Virus record (IMG/VR): IMGVR_UViG_3300029288_005750
Location: 10,813-74,812 of that record
Source: a virus
Lineage: Duplodnaviria; Caudoviricetes
Strand: one strand, 5' to 3'
Length of the DNA stretch: 64,000 nt
Position 1 is the first letter of the stretch. Every line of letters begins with the position of its first letter. Shown here piece by piece: positions 1-9,341 of this stretch. The notes below the pieces were generated by a model. It had not been told where the DNA came from and searched no databases. It saw only the letters and a program-made list of their open reading frames with translations. The position numbers and the translations under genes were made by a program.

Positions 1-160
1 GAGACATGTTAACTTTTAAGTGGTTAAGGTCTCCGGTGATTACTATTCTATTGGGTTTTTGTTTTTTTAAATCGTCAAACAATCTATCAAATACTTCTTT
101 GTATTCAGCATGTCTACTTGAAAATCTGATATGAATGTCTGATAAATGAGCTATTTTCAT
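1..160 (-). CDS. SbcD/Mre11/T4 gp47-like metallophosphoesterase recombination nuclease, N-terminal part (runs off window)
   Basis: Not in ORF track; hand translation from ATG at 160: MKIAHLSDIHIRFSSRHAEYKEVFDRLFDDLKKQKPNRIVITGDLNH, with DxH and GD calcineurin-like motifs; directly downstream of primase. Confidence 0.85.
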   Translation of the reverse strand, partial: MKIAHLSDIHIRFSSRHAEYKEVFDRLFDDLKKQKPNRIVITGDLNHLKVNMS

Positions 161-169
161 ATATTCTAT

Positions 170-1168
170 TTAATTTAATATTCTTGATAATTTATAAATA
201 AAGTCTATTTTTTTTCTATTTTTTAAAAGCTTAATTATAGCTTGAACTCCATTTTGCTCATAATGATAAGAAATATCTCCTAGCCCTTTTAAGTCTATAA
301 AATAAACATCCAATCCTAAAGAAGAAAGTTGTTCATAAATTTCAAAACTATCTTTAATAGCATCTTCATCTAAGCATATAATAACAGTGGAATTATGTTC
401 AATAAGTTTGGATATTAATAGCCATGATGGTGTTTTCCCTAACATAGGTATTGAGTTTGGTATTCTAAACATGTCAAAAACACCCTCCACAAGATACACT
501 GGCAAATCCCAATTTATATTTCTCTCATTAAATATTATATCATATTTTTCTGGAACATTTTTGCTTAAAAAAACTTTTTGGTCTGGTTTATAATATGGTG
601 GCTTTACTTTTTTGAGAAAGGTTCTAGCTTCAAAATAATTAATACTTCCACAATCATTTCGAGATGGTATTATTATTCTATTTCTATAAGCTCCAACTTC
701 AGTATATCCTATTTCATAGTCTACTAATTGATTAAAAGTCAGTTTTCTTATTTTTGTCATGTAATCATATGCTATTTTATGCATTGTAGATTTTACAGTA
801 GATGTAATCAAGGTATATCCTTCTGGAAGGGGGCATGTTATTAAATTATGATTTATAGTGTTCTTTCGGAAAACATTAACAAAGTTTCCCATATATTCTG
901 GCATTATAAGTTTTAATCTTTTATAATCCTCTGATGAGCCATATTTATGAACTAATTTATGAACAATTCCACTATCTTTACATTTCCAACATTTAAAAAT
1001 ATTTTCTTCTGTATTAAAGGCTAAATTAAATTTATTTATATCATTTCTACAATCATGACTAGGGCAATTAAATTCCCATTGTTTCCTTGCTTCAAAATCT
1101 TTTGAGGATTTTGGTTCCCCAAGAAAATTTTTCAAAATAGATAATATAATAATTTTTTGGTCTTCCAT
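170..1168 (-). CDS. DNA primase (Zn-ribbon + TOPRIM, phage gp61/DnaG-like)
   Basis: CPSHDC...FKCWKC zinc motif; RIIIP; YLVEGVFD and CLDEDA TOPRIM acidic motifs. Confidence 0.88.
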   Translation of the reverse strand: MEDQKIIILSILKNFLGEPKSSKDFEARKQWEFNCPSHDCRNDINKFNLAFNTEENIFKCWKCKDSGIVHKLVHKYGSSEDYKRLKLIMPEYMGNFVNVFRKNTINHNLITCPLPEGYTLITSTVKSTMHKIAYDYMTKIRKLTFNQLVDYEIGYTEVGAYRNRIIIPSRNDCGSINYFEARTFLKKVKPPYYKPDQKVFLSKNVPEKYDIIFNERNINWDLPVYLVEGVFDMFRIPNSIPMLGKTPSWLLISKLIEHNSTVIICLDEDAIKDSFEIYEQLSSLGLDVYFIDLKGLGDISYHYEQNGVQAIIKLLKNRKKIDFIYKLSRILN

Positions 1169-1175
1169 ATAATTT

Positions 1176-1208
1176 GCAAATATAGCACTAATTAATGTAA
1201 AATCAAAA
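1176..1208 (-). promoter_or_regulatory. Bacteroidota-type housekeeping sigma promoter upstream of primase
   Basis: Minus strand reads TTTG-attttacattaattagtgc(19 nt)-TATATTTG, matching the TTTG-N19-21-TAnnTTTG consensus. Confidence 0.65.
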
Positions 1209-1216
1209 AATAGAAT

Positions 1217-1252
1217 AAAAAAACTCCCAAATGCTATATTTGGGAGTTTTTT
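1217..1252. terminator. Intrinsic (bidirectional-looking) terminator
   Basis: AAAAAAACTCCCAAAT-gctat-ATTTGGGAGTTTTTT perfect inverted repeat with A/T tails, just after the lipoprotein stop. Confidence 0.8.
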
Positions 1253-1266
1253 GTGTTATTTTTAAT

Positions 1267-1428
1267 TTATTTTTTTACAACATCTGTAATAATTGGTACA
1301 GTAACTACTGTATCTATATTAACTATTGTTGAATCTGTTTTTATTTCCTCCTTTTTAGCTCCTTCAGAGTTGCAGGAAAATAATGCAATTACTGAAATTG
1401 CAAATAATAATGTAATAAGTTTTTTCAT
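1267..1428 (-). CDS. Small lipoprotein (53 aa)
   Basis: Below ORF-track cut-off; MKKLITLLFAISVIALFSC|NSEGAKKEEIKTDSTIVNIDTVVTVPIITDVVKK, a signal peptide II with LFSC lipobox; own upstream TATTTATA and downstream terminator. Confidence 0.8.
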   Translation of the reverse strand: MKKLITLLFAISVIALFSCNSEGAKKEEIKTDSTIVNIDTVVTVPIITDVVKK

Positions 1429-1501
1429 TTTTTTTATTAAATTTTAATTTAGTTTAAGTTGATTATAAATATAAAAAAAAAAGTAAAAAAAATCAAGTTA
1501 A

Positions 1502-2044
1502 TTAAGAAATTTTTATTTTTTGCTTTTCTAACATTTTAATAAAACATTTTCCAATTATATAAGAATCTGTCATATCATAATTCTCTTCTAAAAGTTTTCT
1601 ACTTCTTTCCCCATATTTCCAATTAATTTGTGGTTCCATTTCAACAACCTTTTCCCATATTTGATGTTTTGTAGATGCACCTTCTTTTTTTATTTTAAAC
1701 CCAGGCAAAACAGTTGCCCTTGCATTGTTTACATTGTAATAAATTGGTACTACTTTAAAATGATTATATAAGAAAGAACTAATCATTCCATTAAAAAAAT
1801 TTAATATAGAAATTGTGTGTGCACTTGAAAATTTACCCTGAAATTTTTGCAGGGGTTCCTCTATAGCAATAGCTTCAATTTTAAATTTTAACAAATGAGA
1901 AATTTTTTCTTTAAACTCTTCTAATTTTTCAAATAGTCCTTTTTTATTGTCAAATTTTACATAATTTAATTCTATTAAAGTATTTTTTTCATTAAATACT
2001 GAATAACCTACGCAACTTGTACTTATGTCCAAAGATAATAACAT
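1502..2044 (-). CDS. RuvC-like Holliday junction resolvase
   Basis: LSLDISTSCVGYS (Asp), IAIEEP (Glu), C-terminal DMTDS (DxxD) RNase-H-fold catalytic set. Confidence 0.85.
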   Translation of the reverse strand: MLLSLDISTSCVGYSVFNEKNTLIELNYVKFDNKKGLFEKLEEFKEKISHLLKFKIEAIAIEEPLQKFQGKFSSAHTISILNFFNGMISSFLYNHFKVVPIYYNVNNARATVLPGFKIKKEGASTKHQIWEKVVEMEPQINWKYGERSRKLLEENYDMTDSYIIGKCFIKMLEKQKIKIS

Positions 2045-2092
2045 TTTAATTTTTTTTAGTTATTAAAATATATAAAAAAATAAATTATAAAT

Positions 2093-2135
2093 CAAATAAA
2101 AAGGGAAATCTTTTTAAAATTTCCCTTTTTATTTG
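2093..2135. terminator. Intrinsic terminator ending the minus-strand structural run
   Basis: CAAATAAAAAGGGAAAT-ctttttaaa-ATTTCCCTTTTTATTTG 17-bp perfect inverted repeat. Confidence 0.75.
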
Positions 2136-2152
2136 TTTACCTTACAAAATAA

Positions 2153-3349
2153 TTAGATATCAATTTCTAAAGCAAAGGATAACATTCCATCATAAGTTTT
2201 TTCAACTGGTCTATCTATTTTTGCAACTGCAATTAGTTGTTCGTGAATATTATATAAACCAATTTGATTAATAAAAATTGAGTCAAAATTTGTTGTATTA
2301 TTGGATATTTCGGCCAAATTTCTTGACAAAGGCCAAGTTGGATTTTTTGATATAAAAAACTCTCCTGGCATTGCAATGCAAACAACAGAATTTACATATC
2401 TTATACTAATATCTTGATATGTTAAAGTAGATGTTACACTTGTGAATACAATTCTTGATGTTCCACTTGTGGCACCTGCATTTGACCCTTTTATTATATT
2501 TGTTCCAGCACCAGTATCAATATACCCTGGTTCATAAACAGTACTTCCAGAAGTCCATGGAATATTATCAATTATGTCTGGATGTGTTAAGACTATAAAT
2601 CCTTTATCTAAGCAAGCAAACCCGACAGGAATATCATAATTATATCCACCTGCCACACTTCCAATTGAACTATCTGTTCTAGGGTAAGACTGGTATACTG
2701 ATACTGCTAATTTTACAGAAGTCCACGGTCTTTGGTCTTTATTAAAATCTAAATCTTTTATTTCTGGATTATATGCTACAGCAGAAGGTCTATCTCTATA
2801 ATCTGTTGTTGGGTCCCATGTAGTTACTTTATCATGACTTACAGTCCCATTTTCAGTTGTTCCAGTATATGGCTTATTTATATCATCTGAAAACAAAAAC
2901 GCTACATTATTAGGGCCGAAATATTTGATAGGCGAATCTGATACTTTAGCTGTTCTTAATTTATCAGAATAAAAACTTGAAATTATTGTTTTATATGTAT
3001 TGCCATTCTGTGGTACTTTCAAAGTAATTGACCTTCCGTCAATATACTCGCTATAGTAATTTTCACTAATTGGAATTACTACAATTTTATCTACATTTAA
3101 TTGAAATAATTCTGGATTAGATTTAGCCATAGTATCTCCACTATAAAAAACTGAATTAGAACGTTTATGTGGCATATTAAATGTTGCAAAATAGTGTCCA
3201 TATCTAGAACTAACATCTGTTCTATCTGCTAAAGTATAAGAAATTTGTGAATTAGATAAGCTAGTCCATGTTGCCACTTCTTTTCTTATAGAGGTTATTG
3301 AATTTACCAGTTTTTTGTTAATTTCTGCCATAATGTTGCTTGTTGCCAT
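2153..3349 (-). CDS. Virion tail/baseplate protein with tail-collar-fibre-like C-terminus
   Basis: C-terminal INQIGLYNIHEQLIAVAKIDRPVEK motif; paralogous to C-half of 4592..6655. Confidence 0.6.
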   Translation of the reverse strand: MATSNIMAEINKKLVNSITSIRKEVATWTSLSNSQISYTLADRTDVSSRYGHYFATFNMPHKRSNSVFYSGDTMAKSNPELFQLNVDKIVVIPISENYYSEYIDGRSITLKVPQNGNTYKTIISSFYSDKLRTAKVSDSPIKYFGPNNVAFLFSDDINKPYTGTTENGTVSHDKVTTWDPTTDYRDRPSAVAYNPEIKDLDFNKDQRPWTSVKLAVSVYQSYPRTDSSIGSVAGGYNYDIPVGFACLDKGFIVLTHPDIIDNIPWTSGSTVYEPGYIDTGAGTNIIKGSNAGATSGTSRIVFTSVTSTLTYQDISIRYVNSVVCIAMPGEFFISKNPTWPLSRNLAEISNNTTNFDSIFINQIGLYNIHEQLIAVAKIDRPVEKTYDGMLSFALEIDI

Positions 3350-3390
3350 AATGCTATATTTTTATATTACTGCTTAGTTTATTGTTAATA

Positions 3391-4068
3391 TTATTCAACT
3401 GTTGGTTGTGCTGGTGCTTGTCCTGGATAATAAATAAATTCAAAAGCAAAAGTTGAAGCTTTACCCAAAACACCACTTAAATTTCCCCAAAAATTAAAAG
3501 AAAATGATGCACTTTGAGTAGCCCCTGCTGAACTAAAAGTTTTTGTTTTATCTGTTGTTGGAACAGCACTTGAAGATTTGTCTTCAGTATTGTTTGGTAA
3601 AGTGCTTACATATTTTATAAATGCAGTAATAAAATCTGTTGGGACTGCTGTGGTATAATCTTGATATTTAGTTAAATAATTATTATTTTGTTTTGCTGGA
3701 ACACAATACACCATATTATAATACTGAGGATTATATTCATCTGGTCCGTAAAATTTAAGAGCGTATACGCTATTTGGAATGGGAAGATACCAAATTCCGT
3801 TTTGTGGACCAATACACGAAATTAATCCAGTAAAATTGGGTTTAATAAAATATTTTTCAACAGCTATTTGATTATTATTTATATTTCCGCCAAAATAAGT
3901 TATTAGTTGAATTGACTTTGCAATTGGAGACTTACTTGGATGTTGATTTTCTAAAATTGTATTTGTTGTGGTAGTATTGCTATCTACTGTGAGTGCTTGG
4001 TCTAAAGTAACTCCATTGTTTGAGGCAGATTTTTCTGCTGTTGTTGAAAAAATTGTTGATGTTGCCAT
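3391..4068 (-). CDS. Hypothetical S/T-rich virion protein
   Basis: 225-aa ORF co-oriented within the structural run; no recognisable motif. Confidence 0.5.
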   Translation of the reverse strand: MATSTIFSTTAEKSASNNGVTLDQALTVDSNTTTTNTILENQHPSKSPIAKSIQLITYFGGNINNNQIAVEKYFIKPNFTGLISCIGPQNGIWYLPIPNSVYALKFYGPDEYNPQYYNMVYCVPAKQNNNYLTKYQDYTTAVPTDFITAFIKYVSTLPNNTEDKSSSAVPTTDKTKTFSSAGATQSASFSFNFWGNLSGVLGKASTFAFEFIYYPGQAPAQPTVE

Positions 4069-4082
4069 ATTTATTTAATTAA

Positions 4083-4556
4083 TTATACACTTGTAGTGGA
4101 ATTTATATTACTAGTTGTTTCTACAAAAGTAGGAAAACTATTTAAATTTATATTTAGTATGTTACCTGCTATATTTGTTTCTAAAATATAAGGAACATCC
4201 ACAGTTAAATTGTCATTTCCCGTCAGTCCATTAACTCCATTAACTTTTCCATTAACAGAAATTAAATTATTTTCTTCATGAATTATTGTACCCTTAATAC
4301 AATCTTCATTTTTACCAGAAATATTTGCAATTTCGCCAGTCTCAAAACTGTTACCATAGGTTATATTATAATTATAATCTGGGTCAGACATAGAAAAATA
4401 CACTATTTTAAAAGCATCTATAGTTACATTATTATTATTTGAATCTGTTGTTAATGTAAATCTATTATTGTTGATGGGGTCAAACAAATATTTTCTCCCT
4501 AAGTCTGTTAAAAATGCGACTCCATAAATTGTACTTGATGATAAAATGTTTCCCAT
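4083..4556 (-). CDS. Virion protein with tail-collar-like N-terminal motif
   Basis: AFLTDLGRKYL...YFSMSDPDYNY matches the N-terminus of 4592..6655; TATTTATA upstream. Confidence 0.55.
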   Translation of the reverse strand: MGNILSSSTIYGVAFLTDLGRKYLFDPINNNRFTLTTDSNNNNVTIDAFKIVYFSMSDPDYNYNITYGNSFETGEIANISGKNEDCIKGTIIHEENNLISVNGKVNGVNGLTGNDNLTVDVPYILETNIAGNILNINLNSFPTFVETTSNINSTTSV

Positions 4557-4591
4557 AAATTTTTTTTTTATAAATATATTAAAAAATTTTT

Positions 4592-6655
4592 TTAAAAATC
4601 TAATTCTAATTGAAATGCTAAATATCGTGATTCATTCTTTTTAATTGGATAAGATGGCTTAGAAACTGCGACAAGGTCATTGTTTGAGTTGAGAATTCCT
4701 ATTTCTGTGAAAAAAGTACTATCATTATATAAACTATTAAAAGAACTATTAGAAGCAGAAGAATTATATTCATCATTTTTAGCATAGACTGTAATTATAG
4801 TTTTAAAAACATTTGCCATAATTCCTGTTGTTAAATTTCCATAAAAGAATGATTCATCTCCAAAAGTTAAGCCACTAGCATATAAAGAATCTACATTAGA
4901 TGTAAATGCCGAAAATTTCCCAGTTAATGCATATGTTGTTCCTGAGTTATAATCTGCTTGAGTAATATTAAAAACATGACTTTGTAAGTCAGATGGGCTT
5001 ATTGTTAAACTTCCAGTTTCTCCAGTATATATTCCATTACCAATTCCATCAGAAATTAACTTCCATTTATTTGTTGGTAAATCACCAATTAATGTACTTG
5101 CAGATGTAACTATTTCTTGAAGTAATATTTGTACCGAATTTGCATTCCATCCAGTTCCTGTTAATCCAGACATACTAGAACTATTTCTCATATATGGGAA
5201 TGAAAGAGCAGGAAAATTAATTCTTAAGACAGATGCTAACCCAGTTTCAGAACTAGTTTCTCCATCTATTCTTTTTATATATCCACATGGTGAACTTTGC
5301 GGATATCCATAACTAATATTTTTTTGATACGCATTACTTGATGTTAAATAAGTTACATAATATGAATAATCAGTCTTACACAATCCAGTCATACCTCCTA
5401 TTGTAGATGGCATTAAATTAAGATTTAATTCTGGTAATGTATAATTTCTATTAGATTTGTATGTTAAAACTGTCAACAATTCTTGGTCAGTTATTACAAT
5501 TATTTTAAGTTTATGATATACTCTCCCAACAACAAGTGAACTGCTTGATATTCCATCTCTTAATTCTCTATAACTTGTTTGAGAAACTGAATCAAAAATA
5601 TCGGCTCCATAGTAATCATATAAAATAATTCCATAATTTAATTCTTGTCCTAAAGTTGTAGTAGAATTTCTATGCCACATTATATTTGGAATTTCTAATT
5701 TAACAGTTCCAGATACTAATTGTTCTGCATAGGTATTGCCAGAATATTTATTTGTATAATGAATTATTCCAAAAGCTTTTATATCATTATTGAATCCCAA
5801 ATATTGCTTTGTGCCATTGTATTCAATAGACCCATATGTTGTATATCCACTCATTGTTGAAGCTGTTCCCATTTCAGAAGATGTTCTTATTATATTCATA
5901 TTCCACACGCCACAATTAACTGTAACAGCAGACCCATAATAGGATTCTATTGCGTCAAATGGATAAAAATATGCTTGAATTTTTTGTTGTGAAGACCCAA
6001 CAATTGGAGAACTACCAAAATTTGGCACACTTCTATCTAAGTCTAATCTTAATCCACTTCTTCCTTGTACTCTATACCATAATGACACATTTGGCCTACC
6101 ACTATATACATAAGATGAATCATTTGTTATTGCACTATATTGAGGTGGTTCCCAAGGAATATATACTAAATCCCCTGTTTTTGCTGAGTATTCTCCAGAA
6201 GAAATATAAATTTGTGTTCCCCCACTTGGAATGGTCGATGAATAGTCTATTGATGCTATTCCCAGTGGTTGTCCTTGTCCTCCAGCTGATATTATTGACC
6301 AATTTCCAGAACTTCCAGTAAGAAAACCAGTACTATTTGTCATAGCAGAGACAATTTGTCTTGCACTTGCTAAATTTTGAGAACTTATTGGAATACTATT
6401 TAATGAACTAAATGCTGTTTTAGAATCTGTCGATGTAGCCGCCAAACTATATAATAGTTTTGGGTGGTCATCTTTAGGTGCCAAAATCTTGTTTCTACAA
6501 ATATCATAATTGTTTATACTCATTGCATAATTAACTTCTCTATCAGAAAGAATTATTTTATTAAAAGTTAACGCTCCTAATGACAATAATCTTCTTCCAG
6601 TGTCAGTAAGCTTGATATTTATAAAATTTGAAGGTTCTTGAACTATATAACTCAT
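4592..6655 (-). CDS. Large virion tail/baseplate protein (tail-collar-fibre-like N and C motifs)
   Basis: IKLTDTGRRLL N-motif and TEIGILNSNNDLVAVSKPSYPIKK C-motif; start moved to MSYIVQ (6655) because the TATTTATA motif lies at 6670-6677. Confidence 0.6.
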   Translation of the reverse strand: MSYIVQEPSNFINIKLTDTGRRLLSLGALTFNKIILSDREVNYAMSINNYDICRNKILAPKDDHPKLLYSLAATSTDSKTAFSSLNSIPISSQNLASARQIVSAMTNSTGFLTGSSGNWSIISAGGQGQPLGIASIDYSSTIPSGGTQIYISSGEYSAKTGDLVYIPWEPPQYSAITNDSSYVYSGRPNVSLWYRVQGRSGLRLDLDRSVPNFGSSPIVGSSQQKIQAYFYPFDAIESYYGSAVTVNCGVWNMNIIRTSSEMGTASTMSGYTTYGSIEYNGTKQYLGFNNDIKAFGIIHYTNKYSGNTYAEQLVSGTVKLEIPNIMWHRNSTTTLGQELNYGIILYDYYGADIFDSVSQTSYRELRDGISSSSLVVGRVYHKLKIIVITDQELLTVLTYKSNRNYTLPELNLNLMPSTIGGMTGLCKTDYSYYVTYLTSSNAYQKNISYGYPQSSPCGYIKRIDGETSSETGLASVLRINFPALSFPYMRNSSSMSGLTGTGWNANSVQILLQEIVTSASTLIGDLPTNKWKLISDGIGNGIYTGETGSLTISPSDLQSHVFNITQADYNSGTTYALTGKFSAFTSNVDSLYASGLTFGDESFFYGNLTTGIMANVFKTIITVYAKNDEYNSSASNSSFNSLYNDSTFFTEIGILNSNNDLVAVSKPSYPIKKNESRYLAFQLELDF

Positions 6656-6787
6656 TTTCTCTTTTTTACTATAAATAAGCAATAAAAAAATATTTAATTT
6701 TTTTTTTAAAATAAATAGTTAATCATTAAAAACATTTTGATTTATTTTAAATCTTTTTTTGTCAATATTTATAAAAAACAAAAACTA

Positions 6788-9331
6788 ATGCCCATTTTTG
6801 ATACAATACCAAATTCTGCCACTACATTATCTATAAATTATAGACCAGGACAAAACAAAAGGTTGGTAGCTTCAAAATCCGAAGCTATATTTACTTTTGG
6901 CGATTTTACTATAGAAAAAAATTATACACTTAATAATTTAACTGCTAACACTCGTTATGCTCAATTTGGAGGATTTGATAATCTTGAAACTTTAAGTGCC
7001 GTAAGTTTTTCTAGTGATATTTCTATTCCATATGTACAACACAATGAGTTAAATTTGCCAAAAAAGATGCCTAAAAGTTATTCTTATTTTTCATCTTTTT
7101 ATACTAATGTAGCATCATCAATTAACAAAATAATAGCAGATTTTCCATATGCTATTTTATCTTATAATAATGGAAATGTAAATATTTTTGATTATTCTGA
7201 ATATTATAATACAATAACTTTTGAAAGAGTTTGTTCTTTTAAAATTCCAGTTTCTGGATTAACTAATCAAGGAAATATTGCGTTGGTTTCTGCAGATACT
7301 TCAACAAACAGTTTCAGTTTAGCATATAATAGTAATGATTTTTGTATACAATTAAGTGGGCAAACTGGACAAACAGAAGTTTTTAAAATAAAAAACTATT
7401 CGTTTTCTGGAACATATTTATATTTTGAAATTTATAATTTTTTAGAAAATAATAATATTTTAACTACATACACTGATGCATTATATATAAAACCAACAAA
7501 AGAAAGATTATTTAATTATAATAAATCAATAACAGCTTTAGAAACGCAATTGTTAAACGATGGTATTTTTTTAATTCCAGCAGTTGACACTATACAAAAC
7601 GATTCTTTTGAGCAAGCTTTTATATGGCCTAGAACAATAGATGGATTTTCCCCAGATTCATACGGAACCGCATTTGAAACTTATAAAACTAACATATTAG
7701 CTGCAGCTGAAAAGATTGACGAGGAAAAAACAGATATTTTTATAAAAACAGTAACCCCAGAAAACTACTTAGAACTTGATTCTGATAATAAAATTTATAG
7801 AACAATAATTCAAACATATGCTTATGAATTTGATAAACTTAAAAATTATATAGATGCAATAGCATATGCTCACAGTATAGAATATAATAATGAAGAAACT
7901 GTTCCAAAAAAATTCTTAATTAAATTAGGGAATCTTCTGGGTTGGAAATTGACAGAAGGATTTAGTGAATTAGATTTATTTGATTATTTAACAACTGATT
8001 TAGACCAAAAATCAAATTCTTTTTCTTATTTTAATGTTGAGATTTGGAGAAGAATTTTAATTAATATTGTTTGGTTGTATAAAAGAAAGGGAACAAGAGA
8101 CGCAATAACATTTATATTTAAATTATTAGGTGCACCAGATTGCTTAATAAATTTTAATGAATTTGTTTATGATATTAATAAAGTAACTCCAAACATAACA
8201 GAAAAAGTAGATAATGATGGATATATTAATTACAATTCAAGTATATATGCATTTCAACAAGGTGGAATAGGTTCAGGAAATGGAGACGCATATATCAATC
8301 AATGGAAACCAGAATTTAATCCATTTAAAAGAAATGATAACAATAAAGTACAAACAGGAGACACAACTTATGGAACAAGAAATATTATAAACACAAAAGA
8401 AATATTAATTGGATTTTCTCCAGCACAAGCAATAGAAAATGATGTTTGGGATTTTTTTAAACAAGATTGTAGTTGTTGGGCAGAAGGAGGAGCCTGTCCT
8501 CCTTTAAGCTCTATAACAGTACCTCAAGAATTTCTAACTTTTACTTGTAATAATATAAAACCAGTGAGTATAACGTCTATGACTTTAAGTCAGTATATAG
8601 ACTATGTTTATACAAATTCTATTAACCCAACAACTAGAAAAACTAGTGTACAAAATCACACAACCTGGGGATACCCCGAATTAAAAAATATATATTTAGC
8701 TTATTATTATTCAACATATCCAGACAGTAATAGTCTAACTATGTGTAAATTAGAAGCATATCTTCAATTGCTGGAGGTTCAACTTGGGGATTATATATCA
8801 CAATTGATTCCATCTACTACAATCTTTGATGACAATGTTTCTACAATTTATAAAAACACTGTTTTTCATAGACAAAGATTTGTGTACAGAGAAGGTGTTG
8901 ATAGCGGGTCTATGTTTAGAAAAAATTTCCCCACAGAAGTAACTCCAAGTATTAAATATCCTATAATAAATGATGGAAAAATACATGTTTTTGCTGGACA
9001 ATCTAGGCTGCCTAATGGCCTAATAGATGAAACTGGAACTGTTTGGAGACTTTCAAAAGATATTCCAGCAGAAAACATTTATCCATCAGCAAAAAATAGA
9101 ATTGGCAATATTAATTTACAAAAAAATGAATTTATAACTCCAAAATTAAAGAATTTTGATATTAATTCAATTTATATTACCACTAGAAAAACTAACTTAA
9201 GTCCATATAAAATAACATGTAGAATAAATATAAATTCTATAACAACAATATTGGGGGCTGTAAATATACCTAATGGAACTATAAGTGAAACATCAAGTAA
9301 TTTAATAACTGAAAAAATATTTATATTTTAA
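6788..9331 (+). CDS. Baseplate wedge protein (P2 gpI / T4 gp7-like domain)
   Basis: LGNLLGW...WRRILINIVWLYKRKGTRDAITFIFKLLG motif; ATG 6788 follows TATTTATA at 6766-6773. Confidence 0.65.
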   Translation: MPIFDTIPNSATTLSINYRPGQNKRLVASKSEAIFTFGDFTIEKNYTLNNLTANTRYAQFGGFDNLETLSAVSFSSDISIPYVQHNELNLPKKMPKSYSYFSSFYTNVASSINKIIADFPYAILSYNNGNVNIFDYSEYYNTITFERVCSFKIPVSGLTNQGNIALVSADTSTNSFSLAYNSNDFCIQLSGQTGQTEVFKIKNYSFSGTYLYFEIYNFLENNNILTTYTDALYIKPTKERLFNYNKSITALETQLLNDGIFLIPAVDTIQNDSFEQAFIWPRTIDGFSPDSYGTAFETYKTNILAAAEKIDEEKTDIFIKTVTPENYLELDSDNKIYRTIIQTYAYEFDKLKNYIDAIAYAHSIEYNNEETVPKKFLIKLGNLLGWKLTEGFSELDLFDYLTTDLDQKSNSFSYFNVEIWRRILINIVWLYKRKGTRDAITFIFKLLGAPDCLINFNEFVYDINKVTPNITEKVDNDGYINYNSSIYAFQQGGIGSGNGDAYINQWKPEFNPFKRNDNNKVQTGDTTYGTRNIINTKEILIGFSPAQAIENDVWDFFKQDCSCWAEGGACPPLSSITVPQEFLTFTCNNIKPVSITSMTLSQYIDYVYTNSINPTTRKTSVQNHTTWGYPELKNIYLAYYYSTYPDSNSLTMCKLEAYLQLLEVQLGDYISQLIPSTTIFDDNVSTIYKNTVFHRQRFVYREGVDSGSMFRKNFPTEVTPSIKYPIINDGKIHVFAGQSRLPNGLIDETGTVWRLSKDIPAENIYPSAKNRIGNINLQKNEFITPKLKNFDINSIYITTRKTNLSPYKITCRININSITTILGAVNIPNGTISETSSNLITEKIFIF

Positions 9332-9341
9332 TTTTTAAAAA

